Shown here one piece after another: positions 10,463 through 18,258 of a stretch of 64,000 bases of DNA. Each line of letters starts with the position of its first letter. The stretch's first letter is position 1. The stretch spans positions 8,900 to 72,899 of the forward strand of contig DAIPKA010000033.1 of assembly GCA_036769985.1 (NCBI GenBank), read 5' to 3'. The position numbers and the translations under genes were made by a program. The DNA comes from Candidatus Hydrogenedentota bacterium. Its GTDB lineage: Bacteria > Hydrogenedentota > Hydrogenedentia > Hydrogenedentales > SLHB01. Under the pieces are notes generated by a model, which worked only from the letters and a program-made list of their open reading frames with translations, had not been told where the DNA came from and did no database searches.

Positions 10463-12337
10463 ATGCTGGGTTATCACCGATACAAAAAACAGAGTGGCGA
10501 GACGGAACCGGCCGCGAGTGATGCCTCCGCGAACGCCGCGATGACGCCCACTCCGCATGCCCAGGTGCAAGGCCTCGGTGAGGCCCTGGTGGCCCACGGA
10601 GTCATCTCGCAGGCACAGCTCGACCAAGCGTTGGCGATCCAACAGAAGCAGGGCGGCTTCGTGGGCCAGATCCTGGTCGACCTTGACCATGTTAAGCAGG
10701 ACGCGATTGTTTCGTTTCTCGTCAAGGAGTGCAAGATCCCGCATCTGAGTCTGCTCGACTACGATGTGAGCGACGACCTCATGCACCTGATTCCGATGGA
10801 GTTCTGTCTCGAGCACCACCTGCTTCCCATTGACAAGCTGGGCAAGATTCTGACCGTGGCCATGGTGGACCCCTTGGATTCGGCCACGCTGGACCAGGTT
10901 CGGGAGTTGTGTCCGGACCTGCGCATCAAGCCCATTCTGTGCAACTGGCGGCACTTCGAGACGGTGGCCCACAAGTTGTTCGGCGTGCAGGCCGGGGTTT
11001 CGAACGAAGTCACGGCGGACAGCCTTGGCCTGCCGAAGCTCCGCACTGCCCCGAAGGCGCCGTCTCCTTCCGAAAGCCCGGAGGGCGCGGAGGAAGCGGC
11101 ACCGGAAGCACTCGAGGAGGTGGTTGCCAATCTGGCTGCGGGTGCGGCGGAGACCGCAGCGGCCGCGGCGGGTCCCGAGGTGCCCCCACAGCCCCGTGGA
11201 CACGTCGCGGTGCCCGGTGACGCAACCGGGCCGGAGACAAGCGCCGCGCCGGTGGAAGAGGCCCCGTCGGCGGCGATCAGGGAGCCCGAGGCGCCTCCGC
11301 CGCGGCGGCACGAAGGCGGCGAGGGCCGTGGCGTCGAGGATGCGGCGGCTGCGCCGCTGGTCGCGGCGGTGCGTGAAGCCGTGCGCGAGGCGTCCGAGAA
11401 CCTGCTTCGGGCGGTGCCGTCGCTCCATCTCGCGCAGGCCGAGTCGGCGGCGGTGCGTGAGGCCGCCATGCGCGATCTCGTCGAGGCGGGTGAGAAACGC
11501 CAACGGGTTCAGCACGCATCGGTGCGGCCGTTCCGCCCCGATAGGGGCGCGCTGGGCCCGGAGATGCAGGAGGATGATCGGCACGTGATGGACGCCATGG
11601 CGTCTGAGACGCCGCTGGCGGGATTCACCTTCGAGACGTTCTACGCCGGAAAGGTCAACGAGTTTACATACAAGCTGGGACAGGCCGTGTCTGCCAATCC
11701 GGGCGGCGAATACAATCCTTTCTTTCTCTACGGCAATGTCGGGCTCGGGAAGACTCACCTCATCAACGCCATAGGGAACGCGATTTGTGAGTCGTCGCAC
11801 AACCGGCGCGTAGGTTACGTGTCGGCCAGTCACTTCGCGCGCAGACTGGCGGAGGCGCTCCAAGGGCATGCGCTCGAGATGTTCCGTCAGAACTACTGCC
11901 ATTGGGACGTTCTGATTCTGGACGACATTCAGTTCATGGGCGGGCGCATCGAGGCGCAGGAGGAGTTCTTTCACATCTTCAACGTGTTGCACCAGGAGGG
12001 ACGCCAGATTATCATTGCCGGAGACAAGGCGCCGGAGAAGCTGGGTCTGCTGGAACAGCGGCTCGTATCGCGTTTCGCCGGCGGCATTGTGGCGGAACTC
12101 AGGCCGCCCGAAATGGCCACGCGCCTGGCCATCCTGCGGCACTTGCTGAACGAGGCGAAGGCGGATATTCCGGAGGAGATCATTTCCGTCATTGCCATGC
12201 GCGTTCCGAACGACATGCGCATGATGGTCGGGGCGTTGCGGAAGATCATCGCCTTCGACAAGCTGATCGATCAGAAAATCACGTACGAGATGGCCAACGA
12301 GATTCTGAGCCATCTCGGTGTGGTCGAAGCGGCATAG
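10463..12337 (+). CDS. Fusion protein: GspE/MshE-type N-terminal (MshEN-like, candidate c-di-GMP-binding) domain, a low-complexity Ala/Pro/Glu linker, and a DnaA-type AAA+ domain III. There is no DnaA domain I and no DNA-binding domain IV.
   Basis: aa 37-160 are a T2SS/T4P-ATPase N-terminal domain, including a 24-residue MshEN-like motif (LGEALVAHGVISQAQLDQALAIQQ). aa about 385-624 align motif-for-motif with E. coli DnaA domain III:
- TFETFYAGKVNEFTYKLG vs TFDNFVVGKSNQLAYAAA
- Walker A: GNVGLGKTHLINAIGN
- Walker B: LILDDIQF
- sensor I: IIAGDK
- box VII with both Arg: EQRLVSRFAGG
- box VIII: NDMRMMVGAL
The frame is continuous with no stop, and the ORF ends right after domain III. Confidence 0.8.
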   Translation: MLGYHRYKKQSGETEPAASDASANAAMTPTPHAQVQGLGEALVAHGVISQAQLDQALAIQQKQGGFVGQILVDLDHVKQDAIVSFLVKECKIPHLSLLDYDVSDDLMHLIPMEFCLEHHLLPIDKLGKILTVAMVDPLDSATLDQVRELCPDLRIKPILCNWRHFETVAHKLFGVQAGVSNEVTADSLGLPKLRTAPKAPSPSESPEGAEEAAPEALEEVVANLAAGAAETAAAAAGPEVPPQPRGHVAVPGDATGPETSAAPVEEAPSAAIREPEAPPPRRHEGGEGRGVEDAAAAPLVAAVREAVREASENLLRAVPSLHLAQAESAAVREAAMRDLVEAGEKRQRVQHASVRPFRPDRGALGPEMQEDDRHVMDAMASETPLAGFTFETFYAGKVNEFTYKLGQAVSANPGGEYNPFFLYGNVGLGKTHLINAIGNAICESSHNRRVGYVSASHFARRLAEALQGHALEMFRQNYCHWDVLILDDIQFMGGRIEAQEEFFHIFNVLHQEGRQIIIAGDKAPEKLGLLEQRLVSRFAGGIVAELRPPEMATRLAILRHLLNEAKADIPEEIISVIAMRVPNDMRMMVGALRKIIAFDKLIDQKITYEMANEILSHLGVVEAA

Positions 12338-12356
12338 CCGCATAGGAGGAAGCGTT

Positions 12357-14087
12357 ATGCCTCCACGAGCAACCCGGCGCCGGTTGCCGGATATGCTTCT
12401 CGAGCAGGGACTCGTCACTGAGCGAGAACTCGAGGAGTGCATGGCAATCCATCGTGCCACCGGACAAGGTTTGGCCGACATCCTCGTCGAGAGAAACTAC
12501 CTTTCGGAAGAGGATCTCGTGGTCACGCTCAGCGAACAACTCGGCATTCCGCACATGCGCGTCGGCCACTACAACGTTCCCAAAAGCATCCTGGACGAGA
12601 TTCCCGAGACGCTCGCGCGCCAGTACATGATGCTACCGGTCTCGTTGACCGGCGACGTATTGACGATTGCCATGGCCGACCCGCTCAATATCATGGCTCT
12701 CGACGATCTCCAGATGCTGACAAGCTACGAGATTGAGCGCGTCGTCGCCATCCGCTCGGAACTGGCCGCCGCCATCGACAAGAACTATGGCGGCGGCAAG
12801 GCGGATGAAATGCTGGACGAGTTGCTCGGCAAGCAGGACGCCGAGCAGGCGAAGATCCAGGAAGTCGAATCCAAGGGAGAGGAGATCGAGGACGTCAGCG
12901 CCCTCGAGGCCGGGTCGGAGGACGAGCCCGTCAAGAAACTCGTCCGGCTGGTCGTCTTCAACGCCTTGGAGGTGGGGGCCAGCGACATCCACCTCGAGCC
13001 CTTCGAGAAGGAAATGCGGCTACGCTACCGGATCGACGGTTCGCTCGAAGAGGCCAAAGGTCCACCGAAGTCTCTACAGACCAAGATCATCGCGCGGCTG
13101 AAAATCCTGGCCGGCTGCAAGATCGACGAGAGCCGGCTGCCACAAGACGGCCGGTTCCGCATGCGATACAAGGGCAACGATATCGATTTTCGTGTTGGTT
13201 TCCTGCCATGTCGGTACGGCGAGAAGGTGGTGCTTCGCGTGCTCGACAAGAGCAGTCTCACGCTCGACCTTGACAAGATGGGGTTCGAAGACCAGCCGAT
13301 GGATGCCTTTCGGGAGGCGCTCGATCGCCCCAACGGCATGGTGTTGATGACCGGACCGACCGGGAGCGGCAAGACGACGACCCTCTACAGCGCCCTGTTC
13401 AAGCTGAACAAGGTGGACGTCAACATCGTGACCGTCGAGGATCCCATCGAGTACGAGCTCTACGGGATCAACCAGGTCCAGGTGCACGCCCGCATCGGCC
13501 TCACCTTCGCCGACGCGTTGCGCCAGATCTTGCGACAAGACCCGGACATTGTGATGCTGGGCGAGATCCGTGACAGCGAGACGGCCGACGTCGCCGTCAA
13601 GGCAGCGCTCACCGGACACCTCGTGCTCAGCACGCTCCACACCAACGATGCCGCCGGCGTGTTTCCCCGTCTGATCGATATGGGCGTGGAACCATTCCTG
13701 GTCCAATCGTCCGTCGTCTTAGCTGCGGCGCAGCGTCTGCTCAAACGCATCTGTGCCAGCTGCAAGGAGCCCATCCGTGTTCCGGCGGATGCGCTCGAAC
13801 GGATCCAGTTCAGGCCGGACCCGGGATCTCCGCCAGCCGAATTTGCTCGGGGACGAGGTTGCGCCAAGTGCAAGAATAGTGGCTACAAGGGCCGGCTGGC
13901 GACCATCGAGGCCATGCCGTGTTATCCGGAAGTGCAAGACCTCATCATGCAACAGGGATCCGGCAACATTATCAAGCGAACGGCCATGGCCTGCGGCATG
14001 CGGTCGCTCCGCCAGAACGCCTTGTCGAAGGCAGCCCGCGGCTTGACGACCATCGACCAAGTGCTTGAGCATACGATCGCAGACTGA
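12357..14087 (+). CDS. pilB: Type IV pilus assembly / type II secretion ATPase (PilB/GspE family)
   Basis: It has a GspE_N domain and Walker A (GPTGSGKTTT). The Asp box, Walker B and His box (LSTLHTND) are present, as is a tetracysteine Zn motif (CASCKEP..CAKCKNSG). A strong AGGAGG RBS precedes the start. Confidence 0.85.
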   Translation: MPPRATRRRLPDMLLEQGLVTERELEECMAIHRATGQGLADILVERNYLSEEDLVVTLSEQLGIPHMRVGHYNVPKSILDEIPETLARQYMMLPVSLTGDVLTIAMADPLNIMALDDLQMLTSYEIERVVAIRSELAAAIDKNYGGGKADEMLDELLGKQDAEQAKIQEVESKGEEIEDVSALEAGSEDEPVKKLVRLVVFNALEVGASDIHLEPFEKEMRLRYRIDGSLEEAKGPPKSLQTKIIARLKILAGCKIDESRLPQDGRFRMRYKGNDIDFRVGFLPCRYGEKVVLRVLDKSSLTLDLDKMGFEDQPMDAFREALDRPNGMVLMTGPTGSGKTTTLYSALFKLNKVDVNIVTVEDPIEYELYGINQVQVHARIGLTFADALRQILRQDPDIVMLGEIRDSETADVAVKAALTGHLVLSTLHTNDAAGVFPRLIDMGVEPFLVQSSVVLAAAQRLLKRICASCKEPIRVPADALERIQFRPDPGSPPAEFARGRGCAKCKNSGYKGRLATIEAMPCYPEVQDLIMQQGSGNIIKRTAMACGMRSLRQNALSKAARGLTTIDQVLEHTIAD

Positions 14088-14139
14088 AGAACGTTCGGGG
14101 ACTTCGCTGAGGAACTACTCACGGGAGGACGACGACACT

Positions 14140-15213
14140 ATGGTGCCAAGTTGCAAGGAACTCCTGACCAAGATGATCAAGGAGGGCGCCAGTGATATGC
14201 ACATTGTCGTCGGCGCGCCGCCGACGATTCGAGTCCACGGTAGTCTCGAGCCGCTGCCCGGCTACGACCCGTTGACGCCTGATGACACCCAAGAGATCAT
14301 TTACACCGTGATGACGGAAGAGCAGATCGCGGAGTTCGAGTCCGAGTTCGAGTGCGATCTCTCGTTCGGCATCGAGGGTCTCAGCCGATTCCGGCTCAAT
14401 GTCTTTCGCGACCGAGGCAGCACCGTCGCGGCGTTCCGCGCGATCCCCTTCGAGATCCTCTCGTTCCAGGACCTAGGCTTGCCTCAGGTGGTCTCGGACT
14501 TTGCCTACCGCCCGACGGGTCTCGTGCTGGTCTGCGGCGCCACGGGCAGCGGCAAGTCCACGACGTTGGCCGCCATCATCGGCAAGATCAACGCGGAGCG
14601 CGCCGTACACATCATCACCGTCGAGGACCCCATCGAGTTCCTCCACTCGCACAACCGATCCATTATCAACCAGCGCGAGGTCAATGCCGACACCAAGAGT
14701 TTCGGTGCGGCGCTCAAGCGGGTGTTGCGCCAGGATCCCGATGTGATTCTGATTGGCGAGATGCGCGACCCGGAGACAATTCAGGCTGCGTTGACGGTGG
14801 CCGAGACCGGCCACTTGGCCTTCGCCACGCTGCATACCAATGATGCCCTTCAGACCATCAACCGTATCGTGGACGTGTTCCCGTCCACCCAACAGGAGCA
14901 GATTCGGACCCAGCTTTCCTTCGTGCTCGAGGGCGTGGTGGTGCAGCAGTTATTGCCTCGCGCGGATGGTCTTGGGCGCGTGCTCGGACTCGAGATCATG
15001 GTGCCGAATCCGGCCATCCGCTCTTTGATCCGCAGTGAGAAGCTCGAGCAAATCCCATCGATGATCGAGATCGGTACGAGCGAGGGCATGATCACGATGA
15101 ATCAGTCGCTGTTTCGTCTCGCTCGCCGGGGGCTCATCACGACGGAAGTGGCCATGACGCGGAGCCCCAACCAGGAAGGCCTTGAACGGCTCATGGAAAA
15201 GGGACGTGAGTAA
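14140..15213 (+). CDS. pilT: Twitching motility (pilus retraction) ATPase PilT
   Basis: Walker A GATGSGKSTT. PilT-specific AIRNLIRE-like motif (AIRSLIRSEK). His box ATLHTND. About 357 aa. GGGAGG RBS. Confidence 0.9.
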   Translation: MVPSCKELLTKMIKEGASDMHIVVGAPPTIRVHGSLEPLPGYDPLTPDDTQEIIYTVMTEEQIAEFESEFECDLSFGIEGLSRFRLNVFRDRGSTVAAFRAIPFEILSFQDLGLPQVVSDFAYRPTGLVLVCGATGSGKSTTLAAIIGKINAERAVHIITVEDPIEFLHSHNRSIINQREVNADTKSFGAALKRVLRQDPDVILIGEMRDPETIQAALTVAETGHLAFATLHTNDALQTINRIVDVFPSTQQEQIRTQLSFVLEGVVVQQLLPRADGLGRVLGLEIMVPNPAIRSLIRSEKLEQIPSMIEIGTSEGMITMNQSLFRLARRGLITTEVAMTRSPNQEGLERLMEKGRE

Positions 15214-16837
15214 GACGAGCCTGGATCACAGGCGACCCGTTTCGGAGAGTCACGGCGGTGTGCCGTGGATCATCGGCATCACGCGCGTGGCGGTGCTGAT
15301 TGTTGCGGCCTTCGGCCTCTACTGGTTTGGTGAGCTCTTCATCAGCCGGGGCGGCGTCTATCGCCTCGCGGTCCCGCGCTACATCGTCATCTTTCTGGTG
15401 ACGCTCTACGCCTTCAATCTGATCACCGGTGTGGTCTACCTCGGCGTGCTGCACCGCCATCGGGCCGCCACGGCCATCATGACCTGGACACAGGTCCTCC
15501 TCGATTTCAGCGTGGTGGTGAGCACGATCAGTGTCACGGGCGATAGCAACAGCGTGTTCACGGTGCTGTTGGTCATTGTCATTCTCGAGGCCGGGCTGTT
15601 GTTGGGACTGCCGCAAGGTTTTCTGTTTGCCATGCTGAGCATCGTATACGTGGCTGTTCAGGCATGGCCCAGCGATAGGGCCCAGGTGCCTCCTGAGCTC
15701 TGGTACGATATCCTTATTCAGAGCCTTGCCTTTCTCTTCACCGCCTTCATCAGCGGCTACTGGAACAACCTGATCTTCCGGCTGCGCTCGTTTCAGCGCG
15801 AGATCCTGGACAACCTGAGCAGCGGGTTTCTGATCACGGATCGCACGGGCGTCATTTCGGCTCAAAACCGCGCGGCCGATGAGATGCTGGGCCTGCCGGA
15901 CGGAAGCGCGCTGGGCCGTTCCGCTATCGAGATCCTCAGGCCGGAGTCCGGCGGCGAGTGTCCCATTATGACGGCGCTCCGGTCGGAGCGCGATTTCACG
16001 TCGTTCGAGTTCCACGCGGTGACTCATTCGGGGGGCTCCAAGCTGCTCGGACTCAGCACAAATCGCATCTACGACAAGCGCCACCGGCTCACGGGTTTGA
16101 TTGCGTCGTTCGCCGATATGACGGAAGTCGACACGATGCGTCAGGAGCTGCACCGGCAGGATCGCCTGGCCGCCTTGGGCGAGTTGGCCACCGACGTCGC
16201 GCACGAGATACGCAACCCGGTCGCCGTCATCCGTAGCGCGGTGGAAGAGTTGCAGAACAGTATCGAGTCGCCGGAGAAGGTCCGGAAGTTGGCGGCGCTG
16301 GCTCTGCGGGAATCGGATCATCTCAATCGGATCGTCCGCAGTTTCCTTGACTTCACGCGCAATCCCGTCCGCAAGCATGACGTGTTCGACGTGTGTGCCT
16401 TGTTGCGGGAGGTGGCCGATTCCCTACGGCATCAGTACGCCGACGCGTCGGCGCTCTCCGTCGAGCTCCGGAACGATGATCTCTCGTTTTCGGTTGCCGG
16501 TGACGCGTCGCAGATTCGGCAGGTGTTCATGAATCTGGGCACGAACGCGGTGGAAGCCATGGATAGGCGTGGCCTGCTGGCGATTATCGTCGCGCCTGCG
16601 GGACGATCGATCGAGATTCATTTCGACGACGAAGGCAGCGGCCTCGCGCCGGATCAGGTTGCGCGCATGTTCGAGCCTTTCTATACTACGAAGCAGTCGG
16701 GCGTAGGCATGGGCCTGGCCATCTGCATGCGGATTGTCACGGCCCACGACGGCACGCTGCGCGCCGTGCCGCGGGAGCAGGGGGGGACGCGGATGACGGT
16801 GCGATTGCCGGCTGCCCGCAACCCGCAGACGGAGTAA
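15182..16837 (+). CDS. Sensor histidine kinase, PilS-like (multi-TM N-terminus, PAS, HisKA, HATPase_c); start approximate
   Basis: Six predicted TM helices, a PAS-like segment, an H-box (ATDVAHEIRNPV), and N/G1/G2 boxes (NLGTNAVEA, DDEGSGL, GVGMGLAI). Confidence 0.8.
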   Translation: MNGSWKRDVSKTSLDHRRPVSESHGGVPWIIGITRVAVLIVAAFGLYWFGELFISRGGVYRLAVPRYIVIFLVTLYAFNLITGVVYLGVLHRHRAATAIMTWTQVLLDFSVVVSTISVTGDSNSVFTVLLVIVILEAGLLLGLPQGFLFAMLSIVYVAVQAWPSDRAQVPPELWYDILIQSLAFLFTAFISGYWNNLIFRLRSFQREILDNLSSGFLITDRTGVISAQNRAADEMLGLPDGSALGRSAIEILRPESGGECPIMTALRSERDFTSFEFHAVTHSGGSKLLGLSTNRIYDKRHRLTGLIASFADMTEVDTMRQELHRQDRLAALGELATDVAHEIRNPVAVIRSAVEELQNSIESPEKVRKLAALALRESDHLNRIVRSFLDFTRNPVRKHDVFDVCALLREVADSLRHQYADASALSVELRNDDLSFSVAGDASQIRQVFMNLGTNAVEAMDRRGLLAIIVAPAGRSIEIHFDDEGSGLAPDQVARMFEPFYTTKQSGVGMGLAICMRIVTAHDGTLRAVPREQGGTRMTVRLPAARNPQTE

Positions 16838-16843
16838 ACCTCG

Positions 16844-18250
16844 ATGATCGCTAAGCAACGGGTGTTGGTTGTCGACGACGAAATCAACATGCGCGAACTG
16901 CTCGAGATCATTCTCGATACGGACGGATACGAAGTGGTGTCAGTTCCCGACGTGCCGTCGGCTATTGAGGCGTGCAACGCTACGGTGTTCGACGCGGTCC
17001 TCACCGATCTCCGCATCGGTAACGAGAAAGAAGCCGGCATGGAACTCCTGACGTGGCTCAGCGAGAATGCGCCGACTACACCGGCCATTATGATGACGGC
17101 CCACGGATCCGTCGAGACGGCCATCGAAGCCATGAAGCGCGGGGCCGACGACTACGTTATGAAACCGTTCAAAAACGACGAAATCCGGCTGCTGATTCGC
17201 CGCTCGATCCAGCAACGCAATATCCTTCGAGAGAATGTCGCGCTCCGTCGTGACCAGGTGGCTCGGGGGAAGATCACCAACATCATCGGCAACAGCCACG
17301 CTATCGAGGAAGTCAAGACCATGATCCGGCGCGTGGCTATGCTTCCCAGCACCATCGCGATCCACGGGGAAAGCGGCGTCGGAAAGGAAGTCGTGGCCCG
17401 CGCCATCCACACGCTCAGTGCCCGGGCGGACAAGCCCTTTGTCGCCATCAACTGCGGCGGGATCCCCGAGCACCTCCTCGAGAGCGAATTATTCGGCCAC
17501 AAGCGCGGATCGTTCACCGGCGCCGTAGACGACAAGGAAGGTCTGTTCGTGGTGGCGCACGGAGGGTCCTTGTTTCTCGACGAGATCGGCGAGATGCCCC
17601 TCAGTCTCCAAGTCCGTCTCCTGCGCGTCCTCGACAACAACAGCGTGATGCCCGTGGGCGGAACGTCCCAGATCAAGGTCGATGTACGCATCGTTTCGGC
17701 CACGAACCGCGACCTCGAGAAGATGGTGGCCGACGGCACGTTCCGCAAGGATTTGTTTTATCGCCTGAACGTGATTCCGGTGTATGTGCCGCCGCTCCGC
17801 GACCGGGCGGATGACATTCCGCTGCTGGCGCGGCATTTCATCGAAAAGCACGCCTCGAAGATGGGAAGGCAGCGCCTAGGCATCTCGAAGGCCGCAATGG
17901 CGGCCCTGCAGCGCTTCGCCTGGCCCGGCAATGTTCGTGAGCTCGAGAACGTCATGGAGCGCGCGGTGGCCCTGTGCTCGAGTGAGGAGATCAACGTGGA
18001 CGATCTACCTCAAAACGTGCGCAATTTCATGGCCGAGCCGGCAGAGTGCATGGTCGAGCTTCCCCCCGGGGGCCTCGATCTCGAGGCCCGCATGGACAAG
18101 ATTGAGTCGGCCATGATTGGCCAAGCACTCGAGCGCTCCAAGCACTCGCAGAAGCGTGCGGCCCAACTCCTCGGTCTTACGCCGCGCTCATTGCGGTACC
18201 GCCTCAAGAAGCACGGGCTCGAAACCGACGCTTCCGACGAAGACGAGTAG
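16844..18250 (+). CDS. Sigma-54-dependent response regulator (NtrC/PilR family)
   Basis: REC domain with DD..D..K. AAA+ sigma-54 activator domain (GESGVGKE, GSFTGA variant of GAFTGA, ESELFGH). C-terminal Fis-type HTH. Confidence 0.85.
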   Translation: MIAKQRVLVVDDEINMRELLEIILDTDGYEVVSVPDVPSAIEACNATVFDAVLTDLRIGNEKEAGMELLTWLSENAPTTPAIMMTAHGSVETAIEAMKRGADDYVMKPFKNDEIRLLIRRSIQQRNILRENVALRRDQVARGKITNIIGNSHAIEEVKTMIRRVAMLPSTIAIHGESGVGKEVVARAIHTLSARADKPFVAINCGGIPEHLLESELFGHKRGSFTGAVDDKEGLFVVAHGGSLFLDEIGEMPLSLQVRLLRVLDNNSVMPVGGTSQIKVDVRIVSATNRDLEKMVADGTFRKDLFYRLNVIPVYVPPLRDRADDIPLLARHFIEKHASKMGRQRLGISKAAMAALQRFAWPGNVRELENVMERAVALCSSEEINVDDLPQNVRNFMAEPAECMVELPPGGLDLEARMDKIESAMIGQALERSKHSQKRAAQLLGLTPRSLRYRLKKHGLETDASDEDE

Positions 18251-18258
18251 CCGGCGGT

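Noticed and set aside
10289-12481. 730-aa ORF on the minus strand antisense to the MshEN-DnaA fusion gene
   Set aside because: It is low-complexity (Arg/Pro/Gly-rich) with no domain signatures. The plus-strand frame carries unmistakable GspE_N and DnaA motifs. Long spurious antisense ORFs are expected at about 65% GC.
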